In this document: positions 62,941-64,000 of the stretch, piece by piece
How the letters are laid out: each line of letters starts with the position of its first letter
Position numbering within the stretch: position 1 is the stretch's first letter
Source of the DNA: the human T2T-CHM13v2.0 reference genome, Homo sapiens
Reading direction: 5' to 3' (one strand)
Length of the DNA stretch: 64,000 nucleotides
Assembly (NCBI RefSeq): GCF_009914755.1
Contig: NC_060939.1
Position numbers and translations under genes: made by a program
The notes under the pieces: model-generated
What the model saw: only the letters and a program-made list of their open reading frames with translations
Database searches by the model: none
Told to the model about the DNA's origin: nothing

Positions 62941-64000
62941 GCACTGGCCTGGAATCCTTTTCAGCTCTGGCTGCAGCAAGCAGGACAGTGTAAATTTTCC
63001 CCCGTTACATTAACATCCGACCAAGCAGTCATTAAGAGAGTCACAATCAGTTTTTCCAGAATGATTGCTATTGCACACGGAACTTAATGGAATCACATGG
63101 TCATTTGAAAAGAAAGATGCGGGGAGGGGTGGTGGTAGCAAAAGGAGGAAGGTTGCCCCTCCCGTGGCGATTGCCAAGCGCCGGATGGGATCTCATGGTA
63201 TTCTGACTGGTTAATCACCCAGCAGAATGGGGACTGAGGCTTATTAGGCAAATGAAACATGATGGATGTTGTATTTCAACAGTGGAATTGGGAGGGAAGG
63301 CAGGCAGGGCCTTGCAGCGAATGCTGGGTAAGCATGGTCAGGAGGAGCCAGGTTCTGGCATGTGGGCAAGTGGGGAAGGCCCCTGGGGGACCCCAACATG
63401 TAGGAAAAACAGGTTCAAGGGGCTGTTTGAAGCAGGAATTGCAGGCTCAACTGACAACAGAAACAGCTTTCTTTTATTAAACTGGAAACCTGTCCAAAGT
63501 TACCTTGTGCCCACTGAGACCATGTCTCCAGAAGGCAAGAGCTAAAGCAGATTGGGGCCAGCACACACTTTCTGTGTCTCCAGGGAAGCCCCTTATGGGG
63601 CTCTTTACTCTGCAGAAGGGAGCACCTGCTGGAGGTGCATGGCAGAAGGAAGGGCAGCTGTGGGCTGCAGTGAGCTGGGTGGACAAGGGGCACGGGTGCT
63701 GTGGCCATGGTCTCTTTCGTCTCGCTCTCCCTGGAGCCTAGGAGGAAGCTATGACTCCAAGGCCTTGCAGAGAGGAGGCTCAACTGTAGCTTGCAAGATC
63801 CTGTTCTGGGCACTGGGAATTTCCTCATAGGTGGCTGGAGGAGCACATTTTCCCAGGGTTTGGGAGAAGGTGGCAGGAAGTCCCCGGGGAAAAGAAGCTG
63901 GTCAATTCAGCTCCAGCTGTCCTTGAGTGCTACAGGCCCCGGGTCCCCTCACCAAATCTGCCCCCAAGACCCTGCCAAGTACAGTGGCTATATGAGGTAG

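Noticed and set aside
62600-63087. Pro/His-rich (extensin-like) ORFs on both strands
   Set aside because: These are translations of the 21-22-bp VNTR. The 22-bp units shift frame, which argues against coding constraint.

Overview
Primate (human-like) non-coding genomic DNA, either intergenic or deep intronic. I find no supportable protein-coding gene, RNA gene, CpG island or CRISPR array. The ORFs in the track are chance frames or translations of repeats (L1 ORF2 C-terminus, Tigger1 transposase fragments, Alu, VNTRs). A large part of the window is interspersed repeats: Alu/FLAM, L1PA and old L1M, L2, MIR, MaLR/ERVL LTRs, a near-full-length Tigger1, and MER5, MER20, MER53, MER102, MADE1 and MADE2. 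There are two GC-rich minisatellites, one AT-rich minisatellite and a ~400-bp homopurine Alu tail. Several repeat-free blocks are dense in homeodomain/SOX/POU-type motifs and look like developmental enhancers. I cannot support a new biological system here. The best sequence-level observations are: (i) an L1PA 3' end that carries a short candidate 3' transduction inside its TSDs; (ii) an Alu and an L1PA inserted in tandem at one target site, leaving three copies of the TSD; (iii) a MADE1 collapsed to 29 bp, plus a MADE1/MADE2 pair 55 bp apart; (iv) a polarised VNTR sitting inside enhancer-like sequence; (v) deep transposon nesting. Repeat family names come from recalled consensus sequences rather than a database run, so subfamily calls and the boundaries of old elements are approximate.
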